64,000 nucleotides of DNA from an uncultured Defluviitaleaceae bacterium (GTDB taxonomy: Bacteria; Bacillota; Clostridia; Lachnospirales; WRBF01): assembly GCA_964468805.1 (NCBI GenBank), contig CAYXWM010000006.1:557-64556 (forward strand), given 5' to 3'. The translations under genes and the position numbers were made by a program. Each line of letters opens with the position of its first letter. The stretch's first letter is position 1. This document shows positions 27,740 to 37,466 of the stretch, piece after piece. Under the pieces are notes generated by a model. The model was not told the origin of the DNA and did not search any database. It worked only from the letters and a program-made list of their open reading frames with translations.

Positions 27740-28078
27740 ATGAATGATGAAAGTTTATATAACGGAAAGTGTTCTGTACTTTATGCCCTGGATATTATCG
27801 GCGGAAAGTGGAGAATGCCTATTTTATGGTATTTATCTCAATCAGACTTTCGGTATAATGAGCTAAAGCGAAAATTAAACGGCATTACCAATATCATGTT
27901 AACACGTTCACTGAAAGAACTTGAAGAATACGGTCTTATACATAGAAACGAATACTCCCAAATACCGCCATATGTAGTATATTCCATTACGGAGCAAGGA
28001 AAAAAACTTATTCCGGCTTTGGTGGCGTTAAAAGAATGGGGAGAGGAACAATTCGAAAGAATAAACAAACACAGCTGA
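27740..28078 (+). CDS. HxlR family transcriptional regulator
   Basis: C..L..IGGKWRMPILWYL and the F.YNELKR...GIT..MLTR.LKELE motif. Divergent from the flavoprotein gene. The ORF opens at 27722. Confidence 0.8.
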   Translation: MNDESLYNGKCSVLYALDIIGGKWRMPILWYLSQSDFRYNELKRKLNGITNIMLTRSLKELEEYGLIHRNEYSQIPPYVVYSITEQGKKLIPALVALKEWGEEQFERINKHS

Positions 28079-28100
28079 ATACAAAGAGAGAAATAACCGG

Positions 28101-28129
28101 GAGTTGCTCAATAGAGCGGCTCTTTTTTT
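28101..28129 (+). terminator. intrinsic terminator
   Basis: 9-bp stem (two G-U pairs), loop aata, followed by T7. Confidence 0.55.
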
Positions 28130-28154
28130 CTGTAAAAAATATGCTCAGTTTATA

Positions 28155-28183
28155 TTGACATTTTTCTATATATTGCATATACT
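28155..28183 (+). promoter_or_regulatory. putative ars operon promoter
   Basis: TTGACA (28155-28160), 17-nt spacer, TATACT (28178-28183). Confidence 0.5.
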
Positions 28184-28216
28184 ACATATAGATAAATTTC
28201 TATGTGAGGTGATTGT

Positions 28217-28576
28217 TTGAGCGACCATAAGGATAACGCAAGAGTATTTAAAGCCTTTTGCGATGAAAACCGATTGCAAATTCTTGAGATGTTGCAAAGC
28301 GGTGAAAAATGTGCCTGTATATTGCTTGCCCGGCTTGAAATAACACAGCCCACTCTGTCCCACCATATGAAGATACTTACGGAAAGCGGTGTAGTTTCTG
28401 CAAGAAAAGTGGGCAAATGGACTCATTATTCCATTAGTGAGCAAGGGGCAAAATTGGCGAAAGACTTACTTGCCAAACTGCTCGATACTTTAAAACCAAA
28501 CTCGGAGGTGATTTGCAATGCAAATGATTTGGGACTTTTTCAGCATACAAATACTTTCAATGAAGTGGCTCCATGA
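28217..28576 (+). CDS. arsR: ArsR/SmtB family metalloregulator
   Basis: TTG start. ELCVCDL-like site (EKCACILL). HTH ITQPTLSHHMKIL. Confidence 0.85.
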   Translation: MSDHKDNARVFKAFCDENRLQILEMLQSGEKCACILLARLEITQPTLSHHMKILTESGVVSARKVGKWTHYSISEQGAKLAKDLLAKLLDTLKPNSEVICNANDLGLFQHTNTFNEVAP

Positions 28577-29522
28577 TTTGGTTGGTATTTTGCTTACTTC
28601 TGTTGGTATAGGCATAAACGAAAAAATAGGTGCAAGCCTACAGTTTTTTCTATATGACACAATTAAGATTATTTGGCTGCTGTCTGTACTTATTTTTATT
28701 ATCTCATACATACAAAGCTTCTTTCCTCCGGAACGGACAAAGCAAATTTTGGGACGATACAAGGGTGTCATTGCTAACTTAATGGGAGCGCTGTTGGGAA
28801 CAGTAACACCTTTTTGCTCCTGTTCGTCTATTCCGCTGTTTATCGGCTTTACCAATGCAGGACTGCCGGTGGGTGTTACCTTTAGCTTTCTTATATCCTC
28901 GCCGCTTGTGGATTTGGGTGCCTTTATTTTGCTGATGAGCGTTTTCGGAGGTAAAATCGCTATCGCTTATGTGGTAGTGGGTATTATTCTTGCAGTTATA
29001 GGCGGTACTATTATCGACAAACTTGGGCTGGAGAAATATGTAGAGCAATATATTAAACAAGCCGGAAGCGTTAATATTGAAGCCCCGGACTTAACTCGCA
29101 AAGACCGCCTATTATATGCCAAAGATCAGATGTGGAATACCTTAAAAAAGGTATTTTGGTATGTAATTGTTGGTGTTGGAATCGGAGCTCTTATTCACAA
29201 CTGGATACCGCCCGAAATAATTCAAAGTATTCTTGGTGAAAACAATCCCGTATCCGTCCTTCTGGCCACTGTTGTTGGTATACCCATGTATGCCGATATT
29301 TTTGGTACAATTCCCATAGCCGAGGCCTTGTTCGCAAAGGGAGTAGGCGTGGGAACTATCCTCAGTTTTATGATGGCGGTTACTGCCCTGTCCTTACCAT
29401 CAATAATATTACTCAGAAAAGCTGTAAAACCAAAACTTCTGGGGATTTTTGTAGGCATTGTGGCGGTGGGTATTATTATAATCGGATATGGGTTTAATAT
29501 ATTTTCATACTTAATTATTTAG
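28518..29522 (+). CDS. permease of the ArsP/DUF318 type
   Basis: GGAGGTGA SD. Multi-TM protein with the VTPFCSCSSIPLF motif. It overlaps the arsR 3' end by 59 nt. Confidence 0.75.
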   Translation: MQMIWDFFSIQILSMKWLHDLVGILLTSVGIGINEKIGASLQFFLYDTIKIIWLLSVLIFIISYIQSFFPPERTKQILGRYKGVIANLMGALLGTVTPFCSCSSIPLFIGFTNAGLPVGVTFSFLISSPLVDLGAFILLMSVFGGKIAIAYVVVGIILAVIGGTIIDKLGLEKYVEQYIKQAGSVNIEAPDLTRKDRLLYAKDQMWNTLKKVFWYVIVGVGIGALIHNWIPPEIIQSILGENNPVSVLLATVVGIPMYADIFGTIPIAEALFAKGVGVGTILSFMMAVTALSLPSIILLRKAVKPKLLGIFVGIVAVGIIIIGYGFNIFSYLII

Positions 29523-29567
29523 GCTTTAAGCTTTCAAAGCAAAATTATAATTTAAGGAGAGATAACT

Positions 29568-29930
29568 ATGGCATTATTCGGAAAGAAAAAGGAAACAAAG
29601 AGCTGTTGCTCGGGAGCGGCAGACCGAGAAATCAAAACTACCTGTGCTTGCGGAGGAAGTTGCGGAATCAGTGATGTCAAAAATGCTCGCTTTATTGTTC
29701 TGGGAGCTTGCTGCAAAAAGAGTGCAGACACCTTTGAAAACACCAAAAAGGCTGTGGCCGAAATGGGCTTTACCGATGAGGTATTGAACATAGGTGATGA
29801 TTTGGAGATTGCAAAATACGGCGTAATGCAAACACCGGCTCTGGTAATAGACAGTAAGGTTGTTTCTGCAGGCAAGCTTTTAAAAGTGGAAGACGTAAAG
29901 AAACTGCTGGAAAATGTGGAAAAGAAGTAA
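29568..29930 (+). CDS. thioredoxin-fold protein (redox-active disulfide protein 2-like) with a Cys-rich N-terminal extension
   Basis: The C-terminal ~80 aa match the small Trx-like family (KYGVMQTPALVIDSKVV.AGK). The N-terminal 35 aa carry CC and CACGGSC. Confidence 0.65.
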   Translation: MALFGKKKETKSCCSGAADREIKTTCACGGSCGISDVKNARFIVLGACCKKSADTFENTKKAVAEMGFTDEVLNIGDDLEIAKYGVMQTPALVIDSKVVSAGKLLKVEDVKKLLENVEKK

Positions 29931-29973
29931 TTATCAACACTGAAACAGCTGAATATTTTAATGAGGTGTAAAT

Positions 29974-31026
29974 ATGAGCGATAAAAAATCTTCCGGAATA
30001 GGTTTTTTTGAACGCTACCTTACCCTATGGGTAATTATCTGTATGGTTGTGGGTGTGCTTATCGGGAAATTTATCCCGGGAATACCTTCTTTTTTAGGTC
30101 AGTTTGAATATGCCAATGTGTCTATACCCATTGCTGTTTTGATTTGGCTGATGATTTACCCTATGATGATGAAGGTGGATTTTAAAAGTATTAAAAACGT
30201 CGGGAAAAACCCCAAAGGTTTATATGTAACCTGGGTAACAAACTGGCTGATAAAGCCGTTTACTATGTTTGGTATTGCCTACTTATTCTTCTATGTTATC
30301 TTCGGAAGTTTGATTCCTTCCGACCTTGCAAAAGATTACTTGGCAGGTGCCGTTTTACTTGGAGCGGCTCCCTGTACGGCGATGGTTTTCGTTTGGTCGC
30401 ATTTAACTAAAGGAAGCCCTGCATATACCGTTGTACAAGTGGCGACCAATGACTTGATTATACTTGTGGCTTTTACACCCATAGTAGCATTTTTGCTTGG
30501 TGTAAGCGGCGTTGCCATTCCTTGGGATACGCTTATTTTATCGGTAGTGTTGTTTGTGGTTATTCCTCTGGCAGGAGGTATTTTAACTCGTAATATCATC
30601 AGTAAAAGTAAGGGCTTGGAGTATTTTGAAAAGAAATTTATTCCTAAGTTTAACAATGTAACCGTGGGTGGTCTGCTATTAACCCTAGTCATTATATTTT
30701 CGTTTCAAGGTACGGTTATTTTGGAAAATCCCTTGCATATAGTGCTGATTGCGGTGCCGCTTATTTTACAAACTTTTCTTATATTCTTTATTGCCTATAC
30801 TGCAAGTAAGCTGTTAAAGCTTCCTCATAACATTGCCGCTCCGGCGGGAATGATTGGTGCATCTAACTTTTTCGAGCTTGCTGTAGCTGTGGCTATTGCC
30901 TTATTCGGAACACAAAGCCCGGTGGCTCTTGCTACTATAGTTGGCGTGCTTGTAGAAGTACCTGTAATGCTCATGCTTGTAAAAATAGCCAACAATACGA
31001 AAGGATGGTTTACTGCAAGTGAATAA
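29974..31026 (+). CDS. acr3: arsenite efflux transporter, ACR3 family
   Basis: FERYLTLWV N-terminus, GAAPCTAMV motif, 10-TM pattern. Confidence 0.85.
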   Translation: MSDKKSSGIGFFERYLTLWVIICMVVGVLIGKFIPGIPSFLGQFEYANVSIPIAVLIWLMIYPMMMKVDFKSIKNVGKNPKGLYVTWVTNWLIKPFTMFGIAYLFFYVIFGSLIPSDLAKDYLAGAVLLGAAPCTAMVFVWSHLTKGSPAYTVVQVATNDLIILVAFTPIVAFLLGVSGVAIPWDTLILSVVLFVVIPLAGGILTRNIISKSKGLEYFEKKFIPKFNNVTVGGLLLTLVIIFSFQGTVILENPLHIVLIAVPLILQTFLIFFIAYTASKLLKLPHNIAAPAGMIGASNFFELAVAVAIALFGTQSPVALATIVGVLVEVPVMLMLVKIANNTKGWFTASE

Positions 31027-31426
31027 ACCAAAAGTAGCTTTTATCTGCGTTCATAACTCCTGTCGAAGCCAAATAGCCGAAGCTTTGGGAAAACATCTTG
31101 CAAGTGATGTTTTTGAAAGTTATTCTGCGGGAACCGAGACTAAGCCCCAAATTAACCAAGATGCTGTCCGTCTAATGAAACAGCTTTACGGAATTGATAT
31201 GGAGCAAACACAGAAATCAAAACTCCTAGAAGAAATCCCTACTGTTGACATAGTTATCACCATGGGCTGCAATGTAAACTGCCCAAACTTACCCTGCAAG
31301 GAACGATATGACTGGGGACTTGATGACCCGACAGGGAAATCCGATGAGGAATTTATACGTACAATTGAAACAATAGCACAAAAAATTCGGTTGCTTACCG
31401 ATAAAATAAAATCAGTAACTATTTAG
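31019..31426 (+). CDS. arsC: arsenate reductase, thioredoxin-coupled LMW-PTP type
   Basis: The CVHNSCRSQ P-loop and the downstream Cys pair region are typical of Bacillus-type ArsC. Confidence 0.85.
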   Translation: MNKPKVAFICVHNSCRSQIAEALGKHLASDVFESYSAGTETKPQINQDAVRLMKQLYGIDMEQTQKSKLLEEIPTVDIVITMGCNVNCPNLPCKERYDWGLDDPTGKSDEEFIRTIETIAQKIRLLTDKIKSVTI

Positions 31427-31455
31427 TCAATATTATTATTTAAGGAAATTACATA

Positions 31456-31490
31456 AAAGAGGATATCCAATTCAACGGGTATCCTCTTTT
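31456..31490 (+). terminator. intrinsic terminator after arsC
   Basis: aaagaggata / tatcctcttt stem followed by a T-run. Confidence 0.7.
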
Positions 31491-31533
31491 AGCGTTTTAC
31501 CGGGATGTAAACGAGATTCTTATTTTTTTGGGC

Positions 31534-31589
31534 TTGACAAAATAGGTCTATTGCGTTAGACTTAATTATATGGTCTGTTACGATAGACC
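31534..31589 (+). promoter_or_regulatory. promoter plus two GGTCT-N8-AGAC inverted repeats (candidate BlaI-type operators)
   Basis: TTGACA at 31534-31539. GGTCTATTGCGTTAGAC at 31545-31561 and GGTCTGTTACGATAGACC at 31572-31589. Confidence 0.5.
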
Positions 31590-31603
31590 CTTAGTATGAA
31601 AGG

Positions 31604-31972
31604 GTGAAAAATTTGGACAGTTTTAAATTATTTGATGCGGAATATCGCTTTATGTGCTTGGTTTGGGGTAACGAACCCGTAAATTCCACGGAACTTGTAA
31701 AAATGTGCGGCAAAGAGTTTTCATGGAAGAAATCAACCACTTATTCTATTATAAAAAGGCTCTCGGAGCGTGGAATATTAAAAAACGAAAATGCTACGGT
31801 GGTTGCACTGGTAAAGCGTGAACAGGTACAAAAATATGAAAGTGAGCAAATCATGGAGAAGGCTTTTAATAACTCCTTGCCTTCATTCATAACGGCGTTT
31901 TTATCCGGAAAAACCATTTCCAAGGACGAAGCCGAAAAGATAAAGAAAATGATAGAGGAGGCAACCGAGTGA
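31604..31972 (+). CDS. BlaI/MecI/CopY family transcriptional repressor
   Basis: Winged-helix N-terminus (E..FM.LVW....NS.ELV). Its 4-nt overlap with the M56 gene is the classic arrangement. The start could be the TTG at 31613. Confidence 0.8.
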   Translation: MKNLDSFKLFDAEYRFMCLVWGNEPVNSTELVKMCGKEFSWKKSTTYSIIKRLSERGILKNENATVVALVKREQVQKYESEQIMEKAFNNSLPSFITAFLSGKTISKDEAEKIKKMIEEATE

Positions 31973-34713
31973 ATGGGATTTTCATTGAGATTCTGAACTT
32001 TAGTTTTACTGCAAGTATCATCGCCCTTGCCGTAATGCTTGTTAGGTTTTTCTTAAAAAAAATGCCTAAGCTGTATTCTTACGGTTTATGGGCTGTTGTG
32101 TTTGTGAGGCTCATATGTCCTCTAACCTTTGAAACGCCGGTTAGCTTTAGTCCGGTGGAGCAGAAATTAATACCTCAAAGCATAGTTTTTTCCGAAACTT
32201 CTTCTATTCAAAACGAAGCTGCGGTTATTGAAAATGCGGTAAAAAACACCACCAAGCCGGAACTGTCGGTAAATATTCCGGTAAATGTAAACGTACCCGT
32301 TAATATCAGTCCTATTCAAATTATGCTTACATTCGGGGTTTATATTTGGATTTTGGGCATTTTTGTATTGCTGATTTGTTCGGCTGCCGGTTATTTCCGT
32401 TTGCGTAATAGGGTGAAAACAGCAATAAGGTTAGAAAACAATGTATTTGAAACGGACCGCATACAAACACCATTTGTTTTGGGGTTTATACGTCCGAAAA
32501 TATATCTTCCCATAGGGCTTACAGGTAGCGAATTTGAATATATCCTAAAACACGAACAAACCCATATAAAGCGGATGGATTATATAATTAAGCCCTTTGC
32601 ATTTATAATTACAGTTATTCATTGGTTTAATCCTATAGTATGGTTCTCTTTTATACTTATGTCCGGGGATATGGAGCTTTCTGCCGATGAAAGCGTTATG
32701 AAACAGTGCCATAAGGATATCAGAGGAGCTTATGCAAATTCCTTGCTTTCCATGTCCGTCAAAGGAAGCGGCTTTTTTAGCCCTCTTGCCTTTGGTGAAA
32801 CAGGGGTCAAGGAAAGGATTAAGAATATTTTGAAATACAAAAAGCCTGCTCTATGGATAAGTATGGGAGCGTTTATTATAGTTTGTGCTATGAGTTTTAT
32901 ATTTTTAACAAGCTCTGCGTCGGGCAATAAAATTGAAGATGAGGTTATGGCATGGGCAAGGAGCTTATCTGTTTCGGATGTTGAGTCCATTGAAACGGTT
33001 ATTAAACACTCAGACGAAAATCCAAGATACAAAAATTTATCTAGAGATGAGTTTGACAAAATCGTAAGCCTTATAAACAACAGCAAAGGTACGTTTATAA
33101 GCCAACCTCTTAAATTTGCGGAAAGTACTGCTTTTTATATTACAACCAAAGATGGCGTTATTCACAGCTTTTCCAATATGTCAAACACATATCTTGCCAT
33201 AGATGAAAAATGCTATAGTCTGCCCGATTCTTGGTTTGTTGAAAACTTTAAAGGCTACGATGAACCTACTGAACCTTTGCCGGACGGTTTTTGGAAACGT
33301 ATAAACGGACAAAGCCATGTAATAAAAAACTTGGCAAAGGAGCTTTTTAGAAATAAAACTCCGTATTTAGGCGACGCTTCGAAAGTAGGAGGTATTTTAA
33401 ATAATTTGCCTTCAACCAAACTGATTCCCACACTTTACGGAAGCGGAATGGAGTTGTTTACCAAAGAACCGCCTTACGGTTTGGCTTTCAATTTAAACTC
33501 ACAGGACAAGGAACTTGCAAAGAGTTTAAACGAAAAAAGCGCCAAGTCTGTTTTTATAAAGAATGCCGCTGTGTTATTCAGCCTTGTTGATAATTTGGAA
33601 TATGTTCGTTTTATAATAACGTTCAATGGGAAACCCGGTTTGGAAATTGCCTTGCAGAGAGCTGAAATAGAAGCTGTTATGCCGGAAGATGTGAGAATAT
33701 ATGCAAAAGATGAAGATAGTTTTGTTGAATTTATGCTGACTCTTATGAATACAGATTACTCGGAAATGAATTATGAAAATGCAGATAATTTCATTAGCAG
33801 CAGCATATCAACCTTCATCGAAAAAAATCTGAATATAATCACGTCAAGCCCGAGAGAAGTGTCAAATACCTATGCTTATATTAATATCCATAAAAAAGAG
33901 TATGACGAGCTGGTGAAGCTGGATAATGACATGCTTATTTACAGCTTTATCCAATTCGAACAGGGCGGTCAGGTGGGTTTAAAGGGTAATATAATGGCAA
34001 TTGCCTGCCAAGAAATTTTAAGCCGTGATAAATACAGCGGCGATTTAGACCTTTACTATGACACCGGTCAAGGTTGGTATGATTCTTTTAAAGAATACAT
34101 TCTACAAAAAGAAAAAACGGATAAAGATAACGAAGACTTTAAAAAATCCAAAGCACTACAGACTCTTACTTGGACTTTAGACAGTCTCAGAGCAAAACCT
34201 ATGCCGGACTTTGAATATTCGGGTGAGGATAAGCTTTTAAAGCAAGTATACGATATAGAATTGCAGGAATACCAAGGATTTAAGTACAAAGGAAACAGCT
34301 TTTTAATTATTGCACCTTATATTATGGGTTCATATAAAGAAGGAGACAAAATAAAGGTATTTACTGTTACAAACGCAGAGTTATATGTACTTTACGACAA
34401 CGAAATCCAACAATATAGCGGTGCAGTTATACCCACAGCAATAACATTCAAGGAAAACGCTGACGGAACTTATGAAATTGAAAAGTATGAAAAGGCAAGG
34501 GACGGCGGAGACTACGGTATATCAATTCACGAATTTTGCAAGATGCCCGTATCGGGCAACGAAATTCCCGGTCTTGCGGACAAAATGATTAAATACGACC
34601 AAAACGCTGTAAAATTGCTTTTGCGGGAAAATATGATAAGTCACTTAAAAAGCAATAATTTAACCGGCATTAAATTCAGACATCCGGACGGTACTTTTGA
34701 GCAATTGACGTAG
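31969..34713 (+). CDS. BlaR1-like M56 family membrane metalloprotease/signal transducer with a long non-PBP C-terminal region
   Basis: N-terminal TM helices and the HEQTHIKRMD zinc motif. The central segment TPYLGDASKVGGILNNLP...PPYGLAFNL resembles the DUF4825-type module. I saw no SxxK penicillin-binding motif. Confidence 0.75.
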   Translation: MNGIFIEILNFSFTASIIALAVMLVRFFLKKMPKLYSYGLWAVVFVRLICPLTFETPVSFSPVEQKLIPQSIVFSETSSIQNEAAVIENAVKNTTKPELSVNIPVNVNVPVNISPIQIMLTFGVYIWILGIFVLLICSAAGYFRLRNRVKTAIRLENNVFETDRIQTPFVLGFIRPKIYLPIGLTGSEFEYILKHEQTHIKRMDYIIKPFAFIITVIHWFNPIVWFSFILMSGDMELSADESVMKQCHKDIRGAYANSLLSMSVKGSGFFSPLAFGETGVKERIKNILKYKKPALWISMGAFIIVCAMSFIFLTSSASGNKIEDEVMAWARSLSVSDVESIETVIKHSDENPRYKNLSRDEFDKIVSLINNSKGTFISQPLKFAESTAFYITTKDGVIHSFSNMSNTYLAIDEKCYSLPDSWFVENFKGYDEPTEPLPDGFWKRINGQSHVIKNLAKELFRNKTPYLGDASKVGGILNNLPSTKLIPTLYGSGMELFTKEPPYGLAFNLNSQDKELAKSLNEKSAKSVFIKNAAVLFSLVDNLEYVRFIITFNGKPGLEIALQRAEIEAVMPEDVRIYAKDEDSFVEFMLTLMNTDYSEMNYENADNFISSSISTFIEKNLNIITSSPREVSNTYAYINIHKKEYDELVKLDNDMLIYSFIQFEQGGQVGLKGNIMAIACQEILSRDKYSGDLDLYYDTGQGWYDSFKEYILQKEKTDKDNEDFKKSKALQTLTWTLDSLRAKPMPDFEYSGEDKLLKQVYDIELQEYQGFKYKGNSFLIIAPYIMGSYKEGDKIKVFTVTNAELYVLYDNEIQQYSGAVIPTAITFKENADGTYEIEKYEKARDGGDYGISIHEFCKMPVSGNEIPGLADKMIKYDQNAVKLLLRENMISHLKSNNLTGIKFRHPDGTFEQLT

Positions 34714-34730
34714 TAACTTTATATTCAACG

Positions 34731-34768
34731 AAGGCAGTATCCTATACACCTAGGATGCTGCCTTTTTC
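34731..34768 (+). terminator. intrinsic terminator
   Basis: aaggcagtatccta / taggatgctgcctt stem followed by T5. Confidence 0.75.
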
Positions 34769-34914
34769 ATTTTTATAGGTTCCGATTCCAAAGACGGTCT
34801 GATTTATACATATTTTATAGATACTCCTTAGCCAAGGAAGCACATTATGTAGCACATTACAACGTGTAAAGGAATAAGATACAGGACAAGGGTAATTAAA
34901 CAACAAAGGAGGAT

Positions 34915-36456
34915 ATGCTCTTGAAATTCACAAATTTAACCCCAATTAATGGGTTTGACAGTACAAATTTAAATAATGCAAGACAAAATAACTATGCTTG
35001 GTCCATGAGTGAATTGGACAACTTCATTTATGTGGGTACCGGAAGAAATATCCTTTATAATATTATCAAGCAACTTGAGCCGGGAACGAAAATTCCCGAT
35101 TTGATTAAACCCGATCCGGTTGATAATCGGGCTGAAATTTGGCGTTATGATAAAGACGGGTTAATTGATTGGCAACGTGTTTACAAGGCTCCCGCCGATT
35201 CAGGCATTACCGGATTCAGATTTATGATAAATCATATTCCTTTTGGCGGCAGCCCTGCCCTTTATGCCGCAAGTTACGGTAACAGTGTAAAAGTATTGAA
35301 ATCAACAAACGGAGTTAATTGGTTTATATTGCCCGGTAACTTGGCGGGTACTTCATCCAGAGCTATGGTCAATTTTAGGGGCAAGTTGTATATGTCTACT
35401 GTTGACGAAAGCAGCTCAAGTGAGATTCCGTATTTATACAGCAGCCCGGACCCTGAGTTTTTCCCTTGGAGACTTATCACAGACGTTAATGACCCGGATT
35501 TTGACCCGGAACAAAACCCGAAAGGTGCTATAAGCAATATGGCTGTTTTTAATAACAGGCTTTATGTTGCCACCAGCAGTTCGGAGGGTGCAGCGGTTTG
35601 GAGAACAAACGGGCACGAACCGAGAATGAATGACTGGACATTGGTTGTAGACAACGGTTTTGGCGACCCGGCTAATGTATATACTCTTAGCATAGGGGTA
35701 TTTAAAGATCATCTCTATGTAGGCGGAACAAAACAATTGCCCTTGGCTTGGTTTATTCCTATGGGTTGCGACATTGTAAGAATTGATAAACGTGATAATT
35801 GGGAGCTTGTTGTTGGCGGAAATCCGTTTATTCCGGTAGGCTCACTTGATCAATGTTGCCACTGTCATCATGACGACTATCGCCGCCGCATAGGCTCCGG
35901 TTTCAACAATCCATTCAACGTATATGCTTGGCAAATCCAAGAATATAAAGGGAAATTACTGATAAGCACCTTTGATGATTCAAGTAACATGGAGGTAATA
36001 CTCACTACTCTTCTAGCAAACAGAGAAGCGTTGTATGAAATAATAGGTGTATTAATCACTGATATATTAATCGAAATTTATTTGAGTGTTGTAGAAATCC
36101 TGCGAGCTATACACTATCCAATAGGATTCGACTTGTATGTTTCGGGTGATGGAGTTAATTTTAAACCCGTAACCTTAAACGGGCTTAATAACCCAAATAA
36201 CTACGGCGGAAGAATGCTTTTTGTGGATAAGTATTATGGATTATATCTGGGTACTGCCAATCCTTTCCAAGGTTGCGAAGTATATAAAATCAGAGAATTT
36301 GACAACTGCCATGAAAGCTATCTCGGTGATGAGCATTACGCAAATCTATGGAAGGCAAGAGATATTTTACTTGAAAAATACAGCTTGATAGAGGAACACA
36401 TGCCTACTATCCTGAAATTTATGCCCGATAACGGATATAAAAACTTTATTGTGTAG
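34915..36456 (+). CDS. hypothetical 513-aa protein with periodic beta-propeller-like motifs
   Basis: AAAGGAGGA SD and no signal peptide. Recurrent h-Y-h-[GAS]-T motifs: FIYVGTG, KLYMSTV, RLYVATS, HLYVGGT, KLLISTF, GLYLGTA. A Cys/His cluster CCHCHH is present. Confidence 0.7.
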   Translation: MLLKFTNLTPINGFDSTNLNNARQNNYAWSMSELDNFIYVGTGRNILYNIIKQLEPGTKIPDLIKPDPVDNRAEIWRYDKDGLIDWQRVYKAPADSGITGFRFMINHIPFGGSPALYAASYGNSVKVLKSTNGVNWFILPGNLAGTSSRAMVNFRGKLYMSTVDESSSSEIPYLYSSPDPEFFPWRLITDVNDPDFDPEQNPKGAISNMAVFNNRLYVATSSSEGAAVWRTNGHEPRMNDWTLVVDNGFGDPANVYTLSIGVFKDHLYVGGTKQLPLAWFIPMGCDIVRIDKRDNWELVVGGNPFIPVGSLDQCCHCHHDDYRRRIGSGFNNPFNVYAWQIQEYKGKLLISTFDDSSNMEVILTTLLANREALYEIIGVLITDILIEIYLSVVEILRAIHYPIGFDLYVSGDGVNFKPVTLNGLNNPNNYGGRMLFVDKYYGLYLGTANPFQGCEVYKIREFDNCHESYLGDEHYANLWKARDILLEKYSLIEEHMPTILKFMPDNGYKNFIV

Positions 36457-36519
36457 CCTTTGATAAAGATAATCCATTGTTCAAAGTTGTAGGGGATTAT
36501 TACACGAACGCAAAGAAAA

Positions 36520-36581
36520 AAGAGGGCATTGCAAACACAGTCATGAATAATTATGTCCGTGTATTTGGCAATGCCCTTTTG
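36520..36581. terminator. bidirectional terminator between convergent genes
   Basis: Long stem agggcattgcaaacac / gtatttggcaatgccct with flanking A/T runs. Confidence 0.7.
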
Positions 36582-36588
36582 GGTATCA

Positions 36589-36861
36589 TTAAAAATATGT
36601 ATTTCCGCCGAGAATAAAGTAGGTAGCAGCTAGTGTAATTAAAGCTGCCAAAGGAATCAATATTTTAAATTTAATGTGCTTTGTTTTGTGGCGAAAGGAA
36701 TACATAGACAGAAAACTACCCACGCCACCCAGCAAAAACGCAAACATCAGCAGGCTCGCTTCACTGATACGTCGCTTCCTTTTTATGGCAAAGTATTTAT
36801 CCAAGCCAAACTGTATAAAGGTAATAAGGTTCCATAATAACAAGACATACAAAGGTTTCAT
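36589..36861 (-). CDS. DUF1294 family membrane protein
   Basis: The pattern DKYFAIKRKRRISE..L...A.LGG..G....M..FRHKTKH is characteristic of this family. Confidence 0.75.
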   Translation of the reverse strand: MKPLYVLLLWNLITFIQFGLDKYFAIKRKRRISEASLLMFAFLLGGVGSFLSMYSFRHKTKHIKFKILIPLAALITLAATYFILGGNTYF

Positions 36862-37149
36862 AATTCTCCGTTTTTCTTTACGAAATATAATGATTCCATT
36901 TAAACAGAGGACAAAAATAATTGATTTTTTCCAACGGTTAAAGGGAAAAACGATTATTTTTGTCTTTCATCTTATATGGAATTAGTTTAAAAAGATTTGG
37001 GGATTTTATCGCATCTCCGGGTTAAGGATATTTAATAAAATGCTTGCAATTGGCAAAAAGCTATGCTATACTGAAAATATTAATTATTGCGTTGTCTTCG
37101 GGAGTGGGTCTAAACCCACTCTTTCTGTTTGTGTTAGAGCCAAAACCGG

Positions 37150-37278
37150 TATACTTAATTGAATAAGGATAGTAACAAAAACCATTCTTTGTAATCGGTT
37201 CGCTATTGCGTTTTTTATGAAAAACGTAGGTCGCTCACCATTAAGCTTTTGTTACTGCTTAATCCGGCAATTAAGTAT
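37150..37278 (+). repeat. dispersed inverted-repeat element, copy 5
   Basis: The sequence is TATACTTAATTGAATAAGGATAGTAACAAAAACC...GCTTTTGTTACTGCTTAATCCGGCAATTAAGTAT. It lies about 190 nt upstream of rimP. Confidence 0.8.
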
Positions 37279-37466
37279 CTTTCTCCGGCTGTAATAAATT
37301 AATTTGCAATAACTTTTCCGGAAGGGAAAACAGGGGCTTGCCTCTGCCGTATAAAAGGTCGTTATATTAATTTATTATAAAATCCAAATAAATTTCGATG
37401 CCGGATTAACAGCCGTTGGTTTGCATTGCACAACGGCTACAGGCATAGCTTGAAAGGAATGATTAT

